From: the human T2T-CHM13v2.0 reference genome, Homo sapiens
Length of the DNA stretch: 64,000 bases
NCBI RefSeq assembly: GCF_009914755.1
Contig: NC_060936.1
Strand: one strand, 5' to 3'
Part shown: positions 1-15,731 of the stretch, in pieces
How the letters are laid out: every line of letters begins with the position of its first letter
How positions within the stretch are numbered: position 1 is the stretch's first letter
Made by a program: the position numbers and the translations under genes
Notes under the pieces: generated by a model
The model's input: the letters and a program-made list of their open reading frames with translations, nothing else
Databases searched by the model: none
Told to the model about the DNA's origin: nothing

Positions 1-801
1 ATATGATTTAACGCTTTTAGGAACAGCCAGGTCACATCTTGAATCTCTGCTGTTTAGAAATTTATTCTACCAGATACCCTAAATCATCTCTCTCAAGTTC
101 AAAGTTCCACAGATCTCTAACGCAGGGGCAAAATGCCACTAGTCTCTTTGATAAAGCATAGCAAAAGTAACCTTTGCTCCAGTTCCAATAAATTCCTCAT
201 CTCCATCTGATATGATTTGGCTCTTGGTCCTCACCCAAATCTCATCTTGAATTGTAATCTGCATGTGTCAAGGGAGAAACCTAATGGAATGTTATTGGAT
301 TGTGGGGGCAGTTTCCCTCATGCTGTTCTTGTGATAGTGAGTGAGTCTCACAAGATCTGATGGTTTTAAAAGTGGCAGTTTTTCTTCTGCTTGCACTTCA
401 CTTCTCTCACCTGCCACCATGTGAGACATGTCTGCTTTTGCTTCTCCCGTGATTGTAAGTTTCCTGAGGCCTCCCCAACCATGGGGAACTGTGAGTCAAT
501 TAAACCTCTTTTCTTTATAAATCACCCAGTCTTGGGTATTTCTTTATAGCAGTGCAAAAAATGGACTAATACAACATCTGAGACCACCTCAGCCTGGACT
601 TCATTGTCCATATCACTATCAGAATTTTGGTCAAAACCATTCAACAAGTCTCTAGGAAGTTCCAAACTATCCTACATCTTCCTGTCATCTTCTGAGCCCT
701 CCAAACTGTTCCAACCTCTGCTCATTACCCAGTTCCGAAGTCACTTCCACATTTTCAGATATCTTTATAGCAGTGCCCCACTTCTCTCAGTACCAATTTT
801 C
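1..801 (-). mobile_element. ERVL-MaLR (THE1/MST) internal sequence, interrupted by a nested LTR
   Basis: Resembles THE1/MST-int on the reverse strand (CTAGGAAGTTCCAAACT, CCTCCAAACTGTTCCAACCTCTG); joins the LTR at ...GTACCAATTTTC|TGTATGAGTCC. Confidence 0.85.
208..573 (+). mobile_element. Solo MaLR LTR (THE1D/MSTA-like) nested in MaLR internal sequence
   Basis: TGATATGATTTGG...GGACTAATACA termini; 5-bp TSD CCATC/ACATC. Confidence 0.9.
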
Positions 802-1155
802 TGTATGAGTCCATTTTTACACTGCTATAAAGACCTACTTGAGACTGGGTAAATTATAAAGAAAAGAGGTTTAATTGACTCACACTTCCACATGGCTGAG
901 GAGGCCTCCGGAAACTTACAATCATGGTGGAAGGCAAAGGGGAAGCAAGCACATCTTACATGGCAGCAGGGGGAAGGGGAAGCTGCCAAACACTTTAAAC
1001 CATCAGATCTCATGAAAACTCACTTGCTATCATGAGAACAGCATGGGGAAAACCACCCCATGATCCAATCACCTCCCACCAGGTTCCTCCCTCAACACGT
1101 GGCGATTACAGTTCGAGACGAGATTTGGGTGGGGACACAAAGCCAAACTACATCA
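802..1155 (-). mobile_element. MaLR LTR (THE1/MSTA-like), 5' LTR of the minus-strand element
   Basis: TGTATGAGTCC...AGCCAAACTACATCA, contiguous with the internal region. Confidence 0.9.
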
Positions 1156-1219
1156 TCTTCTAAAACATCTATTTCTTTTCAGAAAGGGTGTCTTTTTAAA
1201 ATTGATACATAATAATTGT

Positions 1220-1985
1220 ATTCAAATGTCTTCACTTCTGACAACAGACGAGTGGGATTTTCCAAGCAATTCTCCAACTCTCTGCAGACCCAACTGGTGT
1301 CCTACAATTTAGCTTCTGTCACAATCTACCTGGAGATCCACAGTTTTAAGGGCTCACTCCCACAAGACTGCCCCACACTACCACTTGATACTTCAGGTTA
1401 TCACCTGTAATTTGACCAACTGGCTGTAAATCAGAGGTTCCCACGACCCCTTCCTCAGATTTGATTATTTGCTATGGCGGCTCACAGAACTCAGGAAAGC
1501 ACTTTACTTACTGTTACCCATTTATTATAAAAAGGATCCAACTCAGGAAGCCAAATAGAAGAGATGCATAGGCTCAGGTATGTGGGAAGGGATGTGGAAC
1601 TTCCATGCCCCCAATAGATGTGCCACCCTTTCAGCACTTTTATGTTGGAAGCTCCCCAGACCTTCTCCTTTTGAGGTTTAGGGGAGGATTCACTGGGCAT
1701 CGTTAATTAAATCACTGGCCATTGCTTATTGAATCAATCTCCAGTTCTTCTCACCTCCCTTAGGTCAGGAGGTGGGGCTAAAAGTTTCAACCTTGTAATC
1801 ACGTGGTTGGTTCACCCTGGCAACAAGCCCCCACTGGACACTTTCCAGGAGCCCCAGCCACCAATCATCTCATTAGCACACAAAAGACACCAACCACTTC
1901 TCAAATTCCAAGACTCATAGGAGCTGTGTGCCAGGAAACTACAAAGACCTAGTATATACTTCTTATTGTAAATCATAATATCACA
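1220..1985 (-). mobile_element. MER21-family LTR
   Basis: AAGGGCTCACTCCCACAAGACTGCCCC motif; terminus ...AAATCATAATATCACA; left edge approximate. Confidence 0.75.
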
Positions 1986-2923
1986 CTTAAAATCAGGGAG
2001 AAAAGAAAAACAGTATCTTAAGTGTGTAGGTATGTTTTGTGATAGGGAAGGACATGGTGGTGAGGAAAAAGTTATATTGAATCCATCCCTAGGAATTTTA
2101 TTTCCTGAGAAAGCCTGATAAAATCAACTTGCATTCAGCAAATGCATAACTATAAGCCAGGCATTGTGTTAGGAAGACACTACTTTTATCAAGATGAATT
2201 AAAATATTTTCTGACATCAAGTAGGAAGACAGACAATACAATGTGCTAAGTGCTGTGATGGGGTTAAGTACAGAGCCAAAGTTGAGTGGTGGAGAGAGAC
2301 CAGTTCTGATTGGGGAAGTCTGAAAAGACTTCCAGAAGGGATTTTAATCAAACTAAGTCCGAAATTGTCCAACAGAGTATGACCTTTCCAAGCAGCACTA
2401 ACAGAATATGCCAAGTAGAAATGAATGAAAACACATGGAGTATGGGAGTACTGGAGAATTATGAGTGGGTGGATTATGTAACCCCTAGTGAGAGGTTATG
2501 TTGGAAGAATGAAGTGTGGTCAGATTATGAAGACTCATGGATGTTTGTCCAAAGAGACTGGCTTTTATGAGGCCAGCTATTTTTCATTCAATAGACTTTT
2601 AGGTTCCCAAAAGTGCCCTAATGGAAGCACAGGGTGGGTCAAAAGGTCAAGTTTCTGCACACCGCCCCCACCACTCCACCTCACTGCACTTCTTCTCTCT
2701 TATGTATCTCTTTTAGATTTTCAACTTGGAAGAAGAGCTTAGTTGTTATTTTTAAGTTTTAAAATCACTCATGTAAACAAGAGTCATAGAAATTTTTTAA
2801 GAAAATTAAATGACTGTACTTATATTTTAGAAAGCTAATTGTGGCTGCAAGGTGGGGAAAAGATTAGAGAAAGAAAACGTAAAAGGTAGAAAAAACATAC
2901 AACTGTTAAAAATAGCCCATACA

Positions 2924-3328
<405 letters not shown>

Positions 3329-3622
3329 CTATTTGCAACTCCTACAACACATGCAGTAGTTTTTGACAGTGTTTGAGCAGAGTTGTCAGGAAACCCTGCA
3401 CACATTTTCCTTTTCCATTTGTGGACTGGTACAATGTCAGCTGCTGCACTTCAACTCCAATATTACCACAGGGAGGTGAGATAAGGGCCTCTTATAACAT
3501 TCCAAAGCTTCTAGGTTGATGAGAGTAACAGTTTGTTGACTGATGCGATTTTGTGGAAAGCTACTTTAAACTTAGCAGCTCATGATTGAACATGGAAAAA
3601 GCCACCAACACAGTGTTCATTT

Positions 3623-4060
3623 TGTTACCCAAACACCAGGGGTGAGGTCGTTGCTATGCCACACAGAAAGCCAATCAGTGAGAGGAGGATTGCCAGGAAA
3701 GAAGCCTTTTTATTCATGCGATGTCAGCCCAGGAAAATAGGAGATCAGTCTCAAATCTGTCTCCCCTACCAACTGAAATTGAGGGCTTTATGTATCAGGA
3801 GGAGGAATGTAAGTACGTGCTGGAAAACAGGAATTAGGAAGGGGAAAGGAGGCAATCCTGACTAATGGGAGGTCGGGCATCTCATTGTCTGGGTGTAGTG
3901 TTTTGGTACGTTTCAGTCCCTTGCCTGAGGGTTGGTTTCCTGAGGATGGAACTCAGATAAGACAAATGTAAGTTTCATGTTTTAAGACCTGGAGGACCAA
4001 TTTCTATGTTTATTCAAAAAATCCAAAAATATCAGCTCTGTGGGAATTGGGCTGGTTTCA
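3623..4060 (-). mobile_element. ERV1 solo LTR (LOR1-like)
   Basis: TGTTACCC...GGGCTGGTTTCA termini; 4-bp TSD ATTT; the reverse strand starts TGAAACCAGCCCAATT. Confidence 0.75.
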
Positions 4061-4359
4061 ATTTGATTTATCCATTCCTGAAGACTGATGAGGTATTTTG
4101 TTGCCTCTTTTGTTCTCTCTCCTTCATTCTCTAAAAAACAATTTTAGTCCAACTCTAAGAAAAGAATTTGGGAAAAATAAATTTAGTAAATGAAGCAAGC
4201 CATCGATATGGTTTATTTTGTTGTTAAGCTACACTCTTTGTTGTAATGTCATGTGATAGAATGCTTGGCCAAGACTGATCCTTACAGTGGGCCAGCCTTG
4301 CAAATGTGCAGAGAGGATCCCATTGTGATTTAAGATGTGATAGTGAGATGCTCATCCCT

Positions 4360-4965
4360 TATTTCATGCACTCAATTATTCAGTAACTATTTTCTAAGCA
4401 CCTACTTTGCAAAAGGTCTTTAATCGGTAGGCACTGAGTGTACAGTGGAATGCAACATCAAAGTGGTCTTAGTCTAGCAGAGCTTTCAGTCTTAGCAGGG
4501 GAGACAAACATTGAGCAACTAATTATACACTTAATTATTTGATCACTGTTGTGATAACTGCTTTGAAAATGAAAGAAATCTTACTTCACCCAGTCTCCAC
4601 TTCCATAAGGAAGTGACTTTTGGCTTGAGAGCTGCAGGACAAGTTTCTTCTTCAGCAAATGAGTGGGGAAAAGAAATTCAGGCAGAGTAGACAGTGTAAA
4701 GCTGGAGCATGGGCACCAAACAGCTGGGAAAAGGCCACTATGGCTGAAGGGCAGAAATTAATAGGGAGAGTGGCCAGATGAATTAGGAAAGCTCAATCAT
4801 ACTGAGATTGGTAGGCCACGTTAAGGTTTGGTGTTAGCCTAATGTCCTAAGGAATACATTGACAGAATTTGAACAGGTTTGGGGTCAAATGATGAGGCAC
4901 ATTTTGAAGGACCTCTCTGACTTCTTGGTGAAAAATAGATCAGAATAATACAGAAGTGGCTTGGG
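4360..4965 (-). mobile_element. L2 3' fragment
   Basis: Degenerate L2 3'-end pattern (ATTCAGTAACTATTTTCTAAGCACCTACT...GGGGAGACAAACA); edges approximate. Confidence 0.6.
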
Positions 4966-7780
4966 AGAGACGAAACAAGTGGACTTATCAGAAACTTCTT
5001 CCAGTTTCCCAGTTGCAGGCCCTGACACCAACAGCTGAAGCTCCAGAGATGAATCTAGCCTGAGCAGGTTCTATATAGAACTAGGCTTGGCTCAGATGTA
5101 CCAGGCGGCAGAGTGTGAAATCAATCTTCCTGCTCTAAGTTTGATGTCCTCTGCCTGGCATGTCCCAGGCCGCTAGACCACAGATTTGCCCACTGCAGCA
5201 CTATCGTCCAGGGCCAAGTTCTGGCTACAGTTTCAGGGTTCCCTTTTGCCCTCCATTTACGACACAGGACTGGAGCCTTTTTCTGAAACCTGCCTTGATG
5301 CCTGCCCACATTCACAAGCCTCTAAATTCCACAGTCGTTCACTATAAGCCTGATTGGCCTCCCAGGAGAACAGTGTCTTCCCAAATAAAGCTCCTTTCCA
5401 CTAGCTGCTGCACCTTCAGCTGTTGATTCCCTCACCAGTCTCCCCTCTGCCTCAGGTCCGAGTCCTTAACTGGACCCTCTTCTAGCCTCTCCAAAAATGC
5501 CTCTGAGCTGAGGCTGCTGGATTCATAAAAATGAGCTACAATAAATACCTCACTATGGTGAAGTATCTGTCTAGAAGAACTTCCCTTTAGCAAAAGAGAG
5601 CTTTCTTACTCTTTTGAGATCACAAGGTAAGATTTCTTTTTTAAAAATTCCACTGAAAGTACCATTCCAGTGCTCTTTAAGCAGTGATGCACGCAGTTAT
5701 CAAAGAATCAGGGTTGTGTTTTATGACAAGTGTCGTAAGCTTTGCAAGCTCAAAGTTTTTTCTCAAAAAATGTTTAATTGTTTAGGTTTGTTTGCTTTTA
5801 ACCAACCTGTGTGTCAAACTCCCATGTTTTTCTGATTTACTGCAATAAAAGTGATATACTTCGGTGCAGAGAGATATTGGGATGTCAAAAGTGTTATGAG
5901 TCAAGGAGCTACTGGCATTTAATCTGTAGCAGGTATGCTGTTAGATTTAATAAGCATTTCAGGGTAGTCAGGGTCTTTTTTTTCTTTCTCTATAAACAGG
6001 CCTTGTAAAATTTAAATCAAAATATGAAATATAATCCTACAAATAATTCTCCACCCTTACTTTTTCTCTACTCCTGAAAGAGTTAGAAGAGAAAAGATTT
6101 CCCTGAGTTTACTGTTCTATATTGCTTTTTCTTTTGTTTCCCTTTTTGCTTTTCCAGTTCAGGCAAGATAGGACCCTCCGTAAAAATTAACTAGCATCTC
6201 ATAGGACAGAAATCTGAAAAACATGAATAGGTTTCAAGATAATATCTTTTAAAACTCTGTGTTTGTGCTTCCTTTTTAAAGACCTTTTTCTAAAAATAGA
6301 ATTCTCAGGGTGACCAGAACAAATGCAGATTGGATGAAAAATGTTTCTGCCAAATTGTGAGACTGATGTGAATTGAAGTAGCTGAAATGTAACGCCGTGT
6401 TATTGTAATCTGAAGTGTTAAAGCGTGCCCTTCATCTAAGAAATGCAAAATATTTTCAAAACAAGCATCACATGACACTCAGCAGAACAGGTCATATTAT
6501 TACAGCTCTCCAGAGGAGGTAACTTGTAGAGCAGAGACTTTGGGATGTTTTGCTAAAATACTTTCTTTCTTAATGCAGCTCAGAATTATCAATTTTTTGA
6601 AATTGAATTTTACATTTTATTCTGTTCGCTTGGTGGCTGTCAAAAATGCTAAACAATCGTATTTTTTTTAAGTTCCAAAGGATAGTAAAAATATGTGTAA
6701 GAGAGAATGATGAAGTTTCAGGAGTTTGTATTTGGTAGACTTTTATGCTGTTTTGGAGTTCTCAACAACACTTGAGTACTTTAGCACTTTGTACTCTGTT
6801 CTCAATTTGGGGATTTTTCTTTATCTTTTCTCTCAAGTGCTCTTCTAGCATGTATTTCATAATCTGTGGATTAGTTTAATTTTTCTGCAATGATGAAAAC
6901 ATCAAAGAGCTTTAGACACTTGAGCTGCCGGTTGGAAATTGCAACTCCCAGCTGTACCTAAGCAGAAATAAATAAGCCCCAAAAGGAGAGGTAGGTAGTA
7001 GCCTCAAAGAGATCCAGTCGCAAAGCCTCTGTGGGAATTATGGAAGAACAATGTTTCTGCTCACTAGATATATGAGCGTCGTGGCAGGGAGACCAAAATC
7101 TGAGGCTAGAGAAAAACAGGAGCAGTACCAGAGGCCTTGGCTTCCCATGGCACATTTGTCAGGAGAGAATTAATTGTTCTTTTCAAATAATTTCAAGAGA
7201 GCTTCCCACCTAATGATATGCCCTCCATTCAGTTGATCTTTTGTCTTCTATTCTTTTTATTTCCTTTGTTTATTTTACATAGATGTTTAAGCCTCTGGCT
7301 CTTATAATTTCTCAAACTAAAGTCAGTGATTTTTTTTTTTTTTGCTTTTGTGTATTCAATGGGTTATTCCTAGGCATCTGATAAGCTCTAGCTATGTATT
7401 TGCCTTTTGTATCCTACAGGCATGGTGTTATCTAGCCATATTTTTAAAACCAATACTGAGAGTTATCTATTTCTATAATGTAGGATTCTCCCAACGTTCA
7501 CTTATTCTGTTTGAGTCCTCGATCCTGCTCCATCTCCCTGTTTTTCTGAGCTGGCTTAAAGCTCCGACTTCTCTTCTGGAGGATGCTGCCTACCTTTGGC
7601 AAAGGAAATTTCAGAAGACCCATCATGGAAGGATGGGGTGGTTAAAAGTTCTTCCTTTTTGTTATAGTTCAATTTCTGTTCATTTATAATTCAAACATAC
7701 ACAACATAAATGGAAGCTGAACTCACACACAAAACGGATAGAATTATCTGGTAAATATTGGAGAACAAAGCTGAGGAAGG

Positions 7781-7783
<3 letters not shown>

Positions 7784-7819
<36 letters not shown>

Positions 7820-7833
7820 ATGTGTGTGTGTGT
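7784..7833. repeat. (GT)n microsatellite, interrupted
   Basis: Direct reading. Confidence 0.95.
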
Positions 7834-7947
7834 TTAATTATCTTGATAATTAACAGAAAAACCATTTCTTTGTCTGAGTACTTTGGAAAAGGTGGCTCAC
7901 TATACCCAGCTTTCACAGGACAGAAACATTTTTAATTTATCTAACCA

Positions 7948-9336
7948 CAGGGAGTCAAGTTTTATGGGGCCTGAAGTGGTCCATCTTGAAGAGGTACCCT
8001 TTAAGAAAAACAACAAAAATTTACATATCAAAAATTAGAAACAAAAATGAATATATGTTTGGAAACAGAAAATAAATTGCAACAAAATACAATTAAAAAA
8101 ACAATACATACATTAAGCATCACTTAAGACAGAAAAATAGCATAATATTTTATTAATTGCCCAATAAACCTCTCTAATAGATGCGTTTTCCCTATTTTTT
8201 GGCTTCATACACTGGAAAACCATACAAAATTAAGTGTAACACAAGAGGAATTCAAATACAGTTTTAAATTATTGCCATATTATATTGAGCTACCTAAATG
8301 TATAATCAAACTACTCCAATACTACATATATTGACTAAGTTGATGGGTGTTTGTAAGAATTATGTCACTTGAGCACTTATTTTCAGTGTATTGCTGCGTT
8401 GTTAGCAGTTTTGTGTGCTGTTTCATCTAGAGCCACTCATCTTTATTTTATATTATTTTTTATTTTATTGTTGAGACAGGGTCTCTCGAGGTTGCCCAGG
8501 CTAGCAACTACTGGGCTGAAGTGATCCTCCAGCCTCAGCCTCCTGAGTAACTGGAATGAGAGGCTTAAGCCACTGCACCTGGCTAATAACTGCTCAACTT
8601 TATAAGGACACAATATGTCAGACACTGTAAGTGATCTGACATATTGGGAAGTACTCTGCAGTATGCCAAGAGACATGATCGCTATTTGTAAAACTCCTAA
8701 AGTTTATAAAGTATGAACACAGGAATTAGATAAATTTTATCTTGCATGATTCTCATCCAACAACAGAAAAAATATAGTGTATTTACCTCTGTACAATCTG
8801 CATTATTAAGTATATTCCTGAGAGGAAAGAATAGCCATTTTGCTTAAGTAATGATAAGGGAATTCTCTGCTTCTAATTCCACATTTCTGAAGATTAGAAG
8901 AATTTTCCACAGACTAGTTCTCGCTTCATCTTTTTAAATCATTTCTTCTTTTCTACTGTGCGCATACCTCAGGGCTGGGTGCTTTGGGACACACTCATAT
9001 CACAACATGATTTTTGGTCTTGCCCCTATGTGTCACAATGCCAGGTGAACAGCAGAAGTTTTCTAGAAGTGATTCTTTCGAAGAAATGCCTCATTACACA
9101 CAGAAGTGACTGCCAACTCCATCCCCCAAATGCCAGACACCAGGGTAAGCATGAGGAGGGAAAGTCTGAGCGAAGCAGCAATCTTAACCAATTGCAGCTC
9201 AAAGTTTGCAAATTTTACAAAATTAGATGGTTGTGTGAACATCTTGCTAGGGTGCTTCCCAGGACTTTGGAATGAGCCATGGAAAGAAGGGCCATGAATC
9301 TTTAAGCTCCCATAGCTTCTCAGTCAAATTCTTCTG
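7948..9336 (+). mobile_element. Ancient hAT DNA transposon (MER53/OldhAT1-like)
   Basis: 5' end CAGGGAGTCAAGTTTTATGGGGCCTGAAG...CTTTAAGAAAAA and 3' end GGGCCATGAATCTTTAAGCTCC...CTTCTG resemble MER53 termini around a longer interior. Confidence 0.6.
8442..8584 (-). mobile_element. FLAM (Alu monomer) nested in the hAT element
   Basis: T-rich tail followed by a single reverse Alu-like arm. Confidence 0.85.
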
Positions 9337-9452
9337 CACTTAACCTAACTTGATCTTTTAAAATGGAACGGTTGCTTTGATTTATCATGGATTAAATCAT
9401 ACATATTAATCATATAAATTAAAGGCATTTATTCTGTCTTAACATCTATAAA

Positions 9453-9825
<373 letters not shown>

Positions 9826-10192
9826 TCATATAGCAAAATAGCTGATGTGTGTTATGTCAATAGCTTTCTTCTCACTTTGTTCTGTCTGCTTCCTATACTT
9901 AGCAATAAGAAAATACCGTAATTATTTCACTTACCTGCCCCTCTGTTCTTAAGTATCTCTTTTTCCTATAATTTTGTTACGTAAAAGGTATGGTTTAGAA
10001 TGTGCCAATCAGACCTCAACTTTCCATTGTGGAGTATGCAAGGCCACAGAGATTTCGTACAACTACGATGGGACAAATAAATACAAATTTGTGAACAAAA
10101 CTAAAGTATCTGTGAATCAGTTCAAATATCTACAAATAAGAAGTCATCTATTTTCTGAAACTACATACTAACTTAAACTTCACAGTTTTTTC

Positions 10193-10662
10193 TTTTTTTA
10201 TTATTATTATTATTATACTTTAAGTTTTAAGGTACATGTGCACAATGTGCAGGTTTGTTACATATGTATACATGTGCCATGCTGGTGTGCTGCACCCATT
10301 AACTCGTCATTTAGCATTAGGTATATCTCCTAATGCTATCCCTCCCCCTTCCCTCCACCCCACAACAGTCCCCCGTGTGTGATGTTCCCCTTCCTGTGTC
10401 CACGTGTTCTCATTGTTCAATTCCCACCTATGAGTGAGAACATGCGGTGTTTGGTTTTTCGTCCTTGCGATAGTTTACTGAGAATGATGATTTCCAATTT
10501 CATCCATGTCCTTACAAAGGACGTGAACTCATCATTTTTTGTGGCTGCATAGTATTCCATGGTGTATATGTGCCACATTTTCTTAATCCAGTCTATCATT
10601 GTTGGACATTTGGATTGGTTCCAAGTCTTTGCTATTGTGAATAGTGCCACAATAAACATATG
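10193..10662 (-). mobile_element. 5'-truncated young L1PA (L1PA2-4-like) 3' end
   Basis: Reverse L1 3'UTR and ORF2 C-terminus (ORF 10417-10671: TIAKTWNQSKCPTMIDWIKKMWHIYTMEYY); perfect 18-bp TSD AAACTTCACAGTTTTTTC at 10175-10192 and 10663-10680. Confidence 0.95.
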
Positions 10663-10689
10663 AAACTTCACAGTTTTTTCTACTCCTCA

Positions 10690-11520
<831 letters not shown>

Positions 11521-13184
11521 ACATACTCCTGAGATAGAAAGAAGATGGAAAACTTGGGAGAAGTGATACTTCCCTATCATTTTTATCACTTGGACAATTA
11601 CCATGTTCATGTTTTAATATTTATAAAATAACAACGAATACATTTTATTCCTAAGAGGGAGTGCAAACTAAAACAAATGAACCTTGTTATATTTCAAAAG
11701 AATAACATAAACACGCAGGAGGGCGTAGGGGCAGGAAAGGGCAATTCAAGTACAGGCGTACTTCACTTTATTGTGCTTCCCTTTATTGCACTTCCAGATA
11801 CTGTGTTCTTTACAAACAGAAGGTTTGTGGCAACCCTGACTCAAGCAAGTCTATCCAGCACCATTTTCCCAACAACATGTACTCACTTTATGTTCCTGTA
11901 GCACACTTCAGTAACTCCTGCAATATTTCAGAATTCTTCAGTGTTATTATATCTGTGTTGATCTGTGATCAGTAACCTTTGATGTAACTACTGTAGTGGT
12001 TTTGGGGCACCATGAGCTATGCCCATATAATACAGTGAACTTAATCAATAAATGTCGTGTGTGTTTTCACTGCTCCACTGATCAGCCGTTCCCTGTCTTT
12101 CTCCATCTCCTCAGGCCTCCCTACTCCCTGAGACAGGACAATATTGAAGCTAGGGCAAGTAATAACCTTGCTATGGCCTCCAAGTGCTCAAATGAAAGGA
12201 AGAGTCCCATGTCTCTCTCTTTAAATCAAAAGCTAGAAATGGTTAAGCTTAGTGAGGAAGGCCTGTCAAAAGCTGAGACAGGTCAAATGCTTGGCCTCTT
12301 GTGCAAACAGCTAGCCAAGCTGGGAATGCAAAGGAAAAATTCTTGAAGAAAATTAAAAGTACTACTCCAGTGAACACATGAATGATAAGAAAACAAAGCA
12401 GCCTTATTGAGATAGAGAAAGTTTTAGTGGTTTGGAGAGAAGATCAAATCAGCCGAAACATTCCCTTAAGCCAAAGCCTAATCCAGGGCCAGTCCCCGAC
12501 TCTCTTCAATCCCAGGAAGGCTGAGAGAAGTGAGGCAGCTGCAGAAGGAAAGTTTGAAGCTAGCAGATGTTGGCTTAAGAGTTTAAAAAAAAGAAGCCAT
12601 CTTCATAACATAGTAGTACAATGTAAACCAGAAAGTGCTGATGGAGAAACTACAGCAAGTTATCCAGAAGATCTGGCTAAGATCATTGATGAAGGGGGCT
12701 ACACTCAACAACAGATTTTTCAGTGTAGATGAAACAGCCTTCTGTTGGAAGAAGATACCATCTAGGACTTTCATGATAGAGGGATGTCAATGCCTGGCTT
12801 CAAAGCTTCAAAAGACAGACTGACTCTTGTTAGGAGATAAAGCAGCTGATGACTTTAAGTTGCAGCCAATGTTCATTTATCATTCTGGAAATCCTTAAGA
12901 ATTACTCTTATAAATGGAACAACAAAGTCTGGATGACAGCACATCTGTGTACAGCATGGTTTACTGAATATTTAAGTCCACTGTTGAGACCTACTGCTCA
13001 GGAAGAGTCTTCTTTCAAAATATTACTGCTCATTGACAATACACCTGGTTACCCAAGAGCTCTCATGGAGACATACATGAAGATTAATGTTTTCATGCTG
13101 GCTCGCCCAACATCCATTCTGCAGTTCATGGATCAAGAATTCATTGTGACTTCCAAGTTTTTTAATTCAAGAAATATATGTCGT

Positions 13185-13998
13185 GAGAAAAAGCTCAATA
13201 TCACTGATCATTAGAGGAATGAAAATCAAAACCACAATGAGATACCATCTCACACCAGTCAGAATGGCTATTACTAACAAACCAAAAAAAAAAAAATAAT
13301 AAAAACACAGATGCTGGCGAGGTTGTGGAGAAATAGGAATGCATTTATACTGTTCACTGTTGATGGGAGTGTAAATTAGTTCAACCATTGTGGAAGACAG
13401 TATGGCAATTTCTCAAAAACCTGGAGGCAGAAATACCATTTGACCCAGCAATCCTGTTACTGAATATATACCCAAAATAATATAAATTATTCTATTATAA
13501 AGGCACATGCATGTCTTTATTCATTGCAGCACTATTCACAATAGCAAAGACATGAATCAACCTAAACACCCATCAATGATAGAGTGGATAAAGGAAATGT
13601 GGTACATATACACCATGGAGTCCCTATGCAGCCATACAAAGGAACGAGGTCATGTCCTTTGAAGGAACATGGATGGAGCTGGAAGCCATTATCCTTAACA
13701 AACTAGCGCAGGAACAGAAAATCAAATACCTTAGGTTCTCACTTGTAAGTAGGAGCTGAATGATGAGAACACATGGACACATGGGGGAAACAACACATAC
13801 TGGGACCTGTCTGAGGGTAGCAAGAGAAGGGAGAGCATCAGGAAGAATAGCTACTGGATGCTGGGCTTAATACCTAGGTAATGGGATAATTTGTGCAGCA
13901 AACCACCATGGCACAGGTTTACCTATGTAACAAACCTGCACATCCTGCACATGTACCCCTGAACTTAAAATAAAAGTTGGAAATTTTTTTAAAAAAGA
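13185..13998 (+). mobile_element. 5'-truncated L1PA (older, L1PA13-16-like) nested in Tigger1
   Basis: L1 ORF2 end and 3'UTR with A tail; TSD AAGAAATAT(A/G)TGTC(G/A)T. Confidence 0.9.
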
Positions 13999-14682
13999 AA
14001 GAAATATGTGTCATAAGCCCATAGCTGCCATAGTTAGTGATTCCTCTAATGGATGTGAACAAAGTAAATTGAAAGCATTTTGGAAATGATTCATCATTCT
14101 AGGATGCCATTAACAACATTCGTGATGCAAGGAAGAAAGTCAAAAAAATCAACATTAAAAGGAGTTTAGAAGAAGTTTATTACAGTCCTCATAGATGAGT
14201 TCGAGGTATTCAAGACAAGTGGAGGAAGTAACTACAGATGTGGTGGAAATAGCAAGAGAACTAGAATTAGAAGTGGAGCCTGAGATGTGACTGTATTATT
14301 GCAATTTCATGATAAAACTTGAATGGATGAGGAGTTGCTTCTTATGGATGAGCAAAGAAAGTGATTTCTAGAGATGAATCTACTCCTGGTGAAGATATGT
14401 GAACATTATTGAAATGACAATAAAAGGTTTAGAAGATTGCATGAACTTAGCTGATAAAGCAGCAGCAGAGTATTTTCCTTTCATGAAAAAAAAACAGTCA
14501 ATCAGTGTGGCAAACTTCATTGTTGTCCTGTTTTAAGATATTGCCAAAGCCATTCCAATCTTCAGCAACCACCACCCTGATCAGTCAGCAGCTATCAACG
14601 TTGAGGCAAGACCCTCATCCAACAAAAAGACTATGACTTGCTGAAGGTTCGGATGACTGCCAGCATTTTTTAGCAATAAAGC

Positions 14683-14997
<315 letters not shown>

Positions 14998-15731
14998 AAT
15001 AAAGTGTTTTTTAATGAAAATACGTACATTGGGTTTTTTTGGACACAATGTTATTACACATTTAATAGACTACAGTATAGTGTACACGTAACTTTTATAT
15101 GCACTGGGAAAACAAAAACTTTATAAGACTCACTGTATTGCGATATTCATTTTATTGTGGTGGTTCTGGAACCAAACATGCAATATCTCCGAGATCTACT
15201 TACAACTTTTTAACACGGCATTTTGACACTATACTTTCATTCTAAAGAAAATGAGCTGTAGTTAGATATTTAACATATGACATTTAGTGTATATATTTTA
15301 AAAGAGGGAGAGAGGTAAAGAAATAGATTAAGGGTATAGGTGTGCATATGTGTGCATACATACATATTTCTCAGCACTGTATTCTGAGAAATCCTAGAAG
15401 TAATCACCTCCCAAAAGCAATGAAAACGTGCCCAGATTTTGACTTCTAACTACAATTTTCATTGAAAAGAACCAGTGCTCTTTGGAGAAATGACTAATTC
15501 CGGCCTGGGACCCAGAAAGTATAAGATGAACCATATCTTATTATGGCAGAAAGTAAGGAATTGGTTCAAAAATGATAAGAATGTCAAAAAAAAACCACAG
15601 GAGCCAATTTGAAAATGTCTTATGTGTCCAAATCTGGAAAAATTTCAGCAGGAAAATAATTATATTAAATGAAAGCCCATTAAAAAAAATACAAATGCAT
15701 GAATTCATACTAATATAGAAAATACAGGAAG

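Noticed and set aside
5581-5632. Possible 36-bp micro-exon (TTCCCTTTAG acceptor, AAG|GTAAGA donor)
   Set aside because: Splice-like motifs are frequent by chance; no partner exon, recognisable protein or transcript evidence
11996-13214. ORFs with transposase similarity as a possible TIGD-type domesticated gene
   Set aside because: The similarity is split over several frames with stops and interrupted by an L1, so this is a decayed Tigger1
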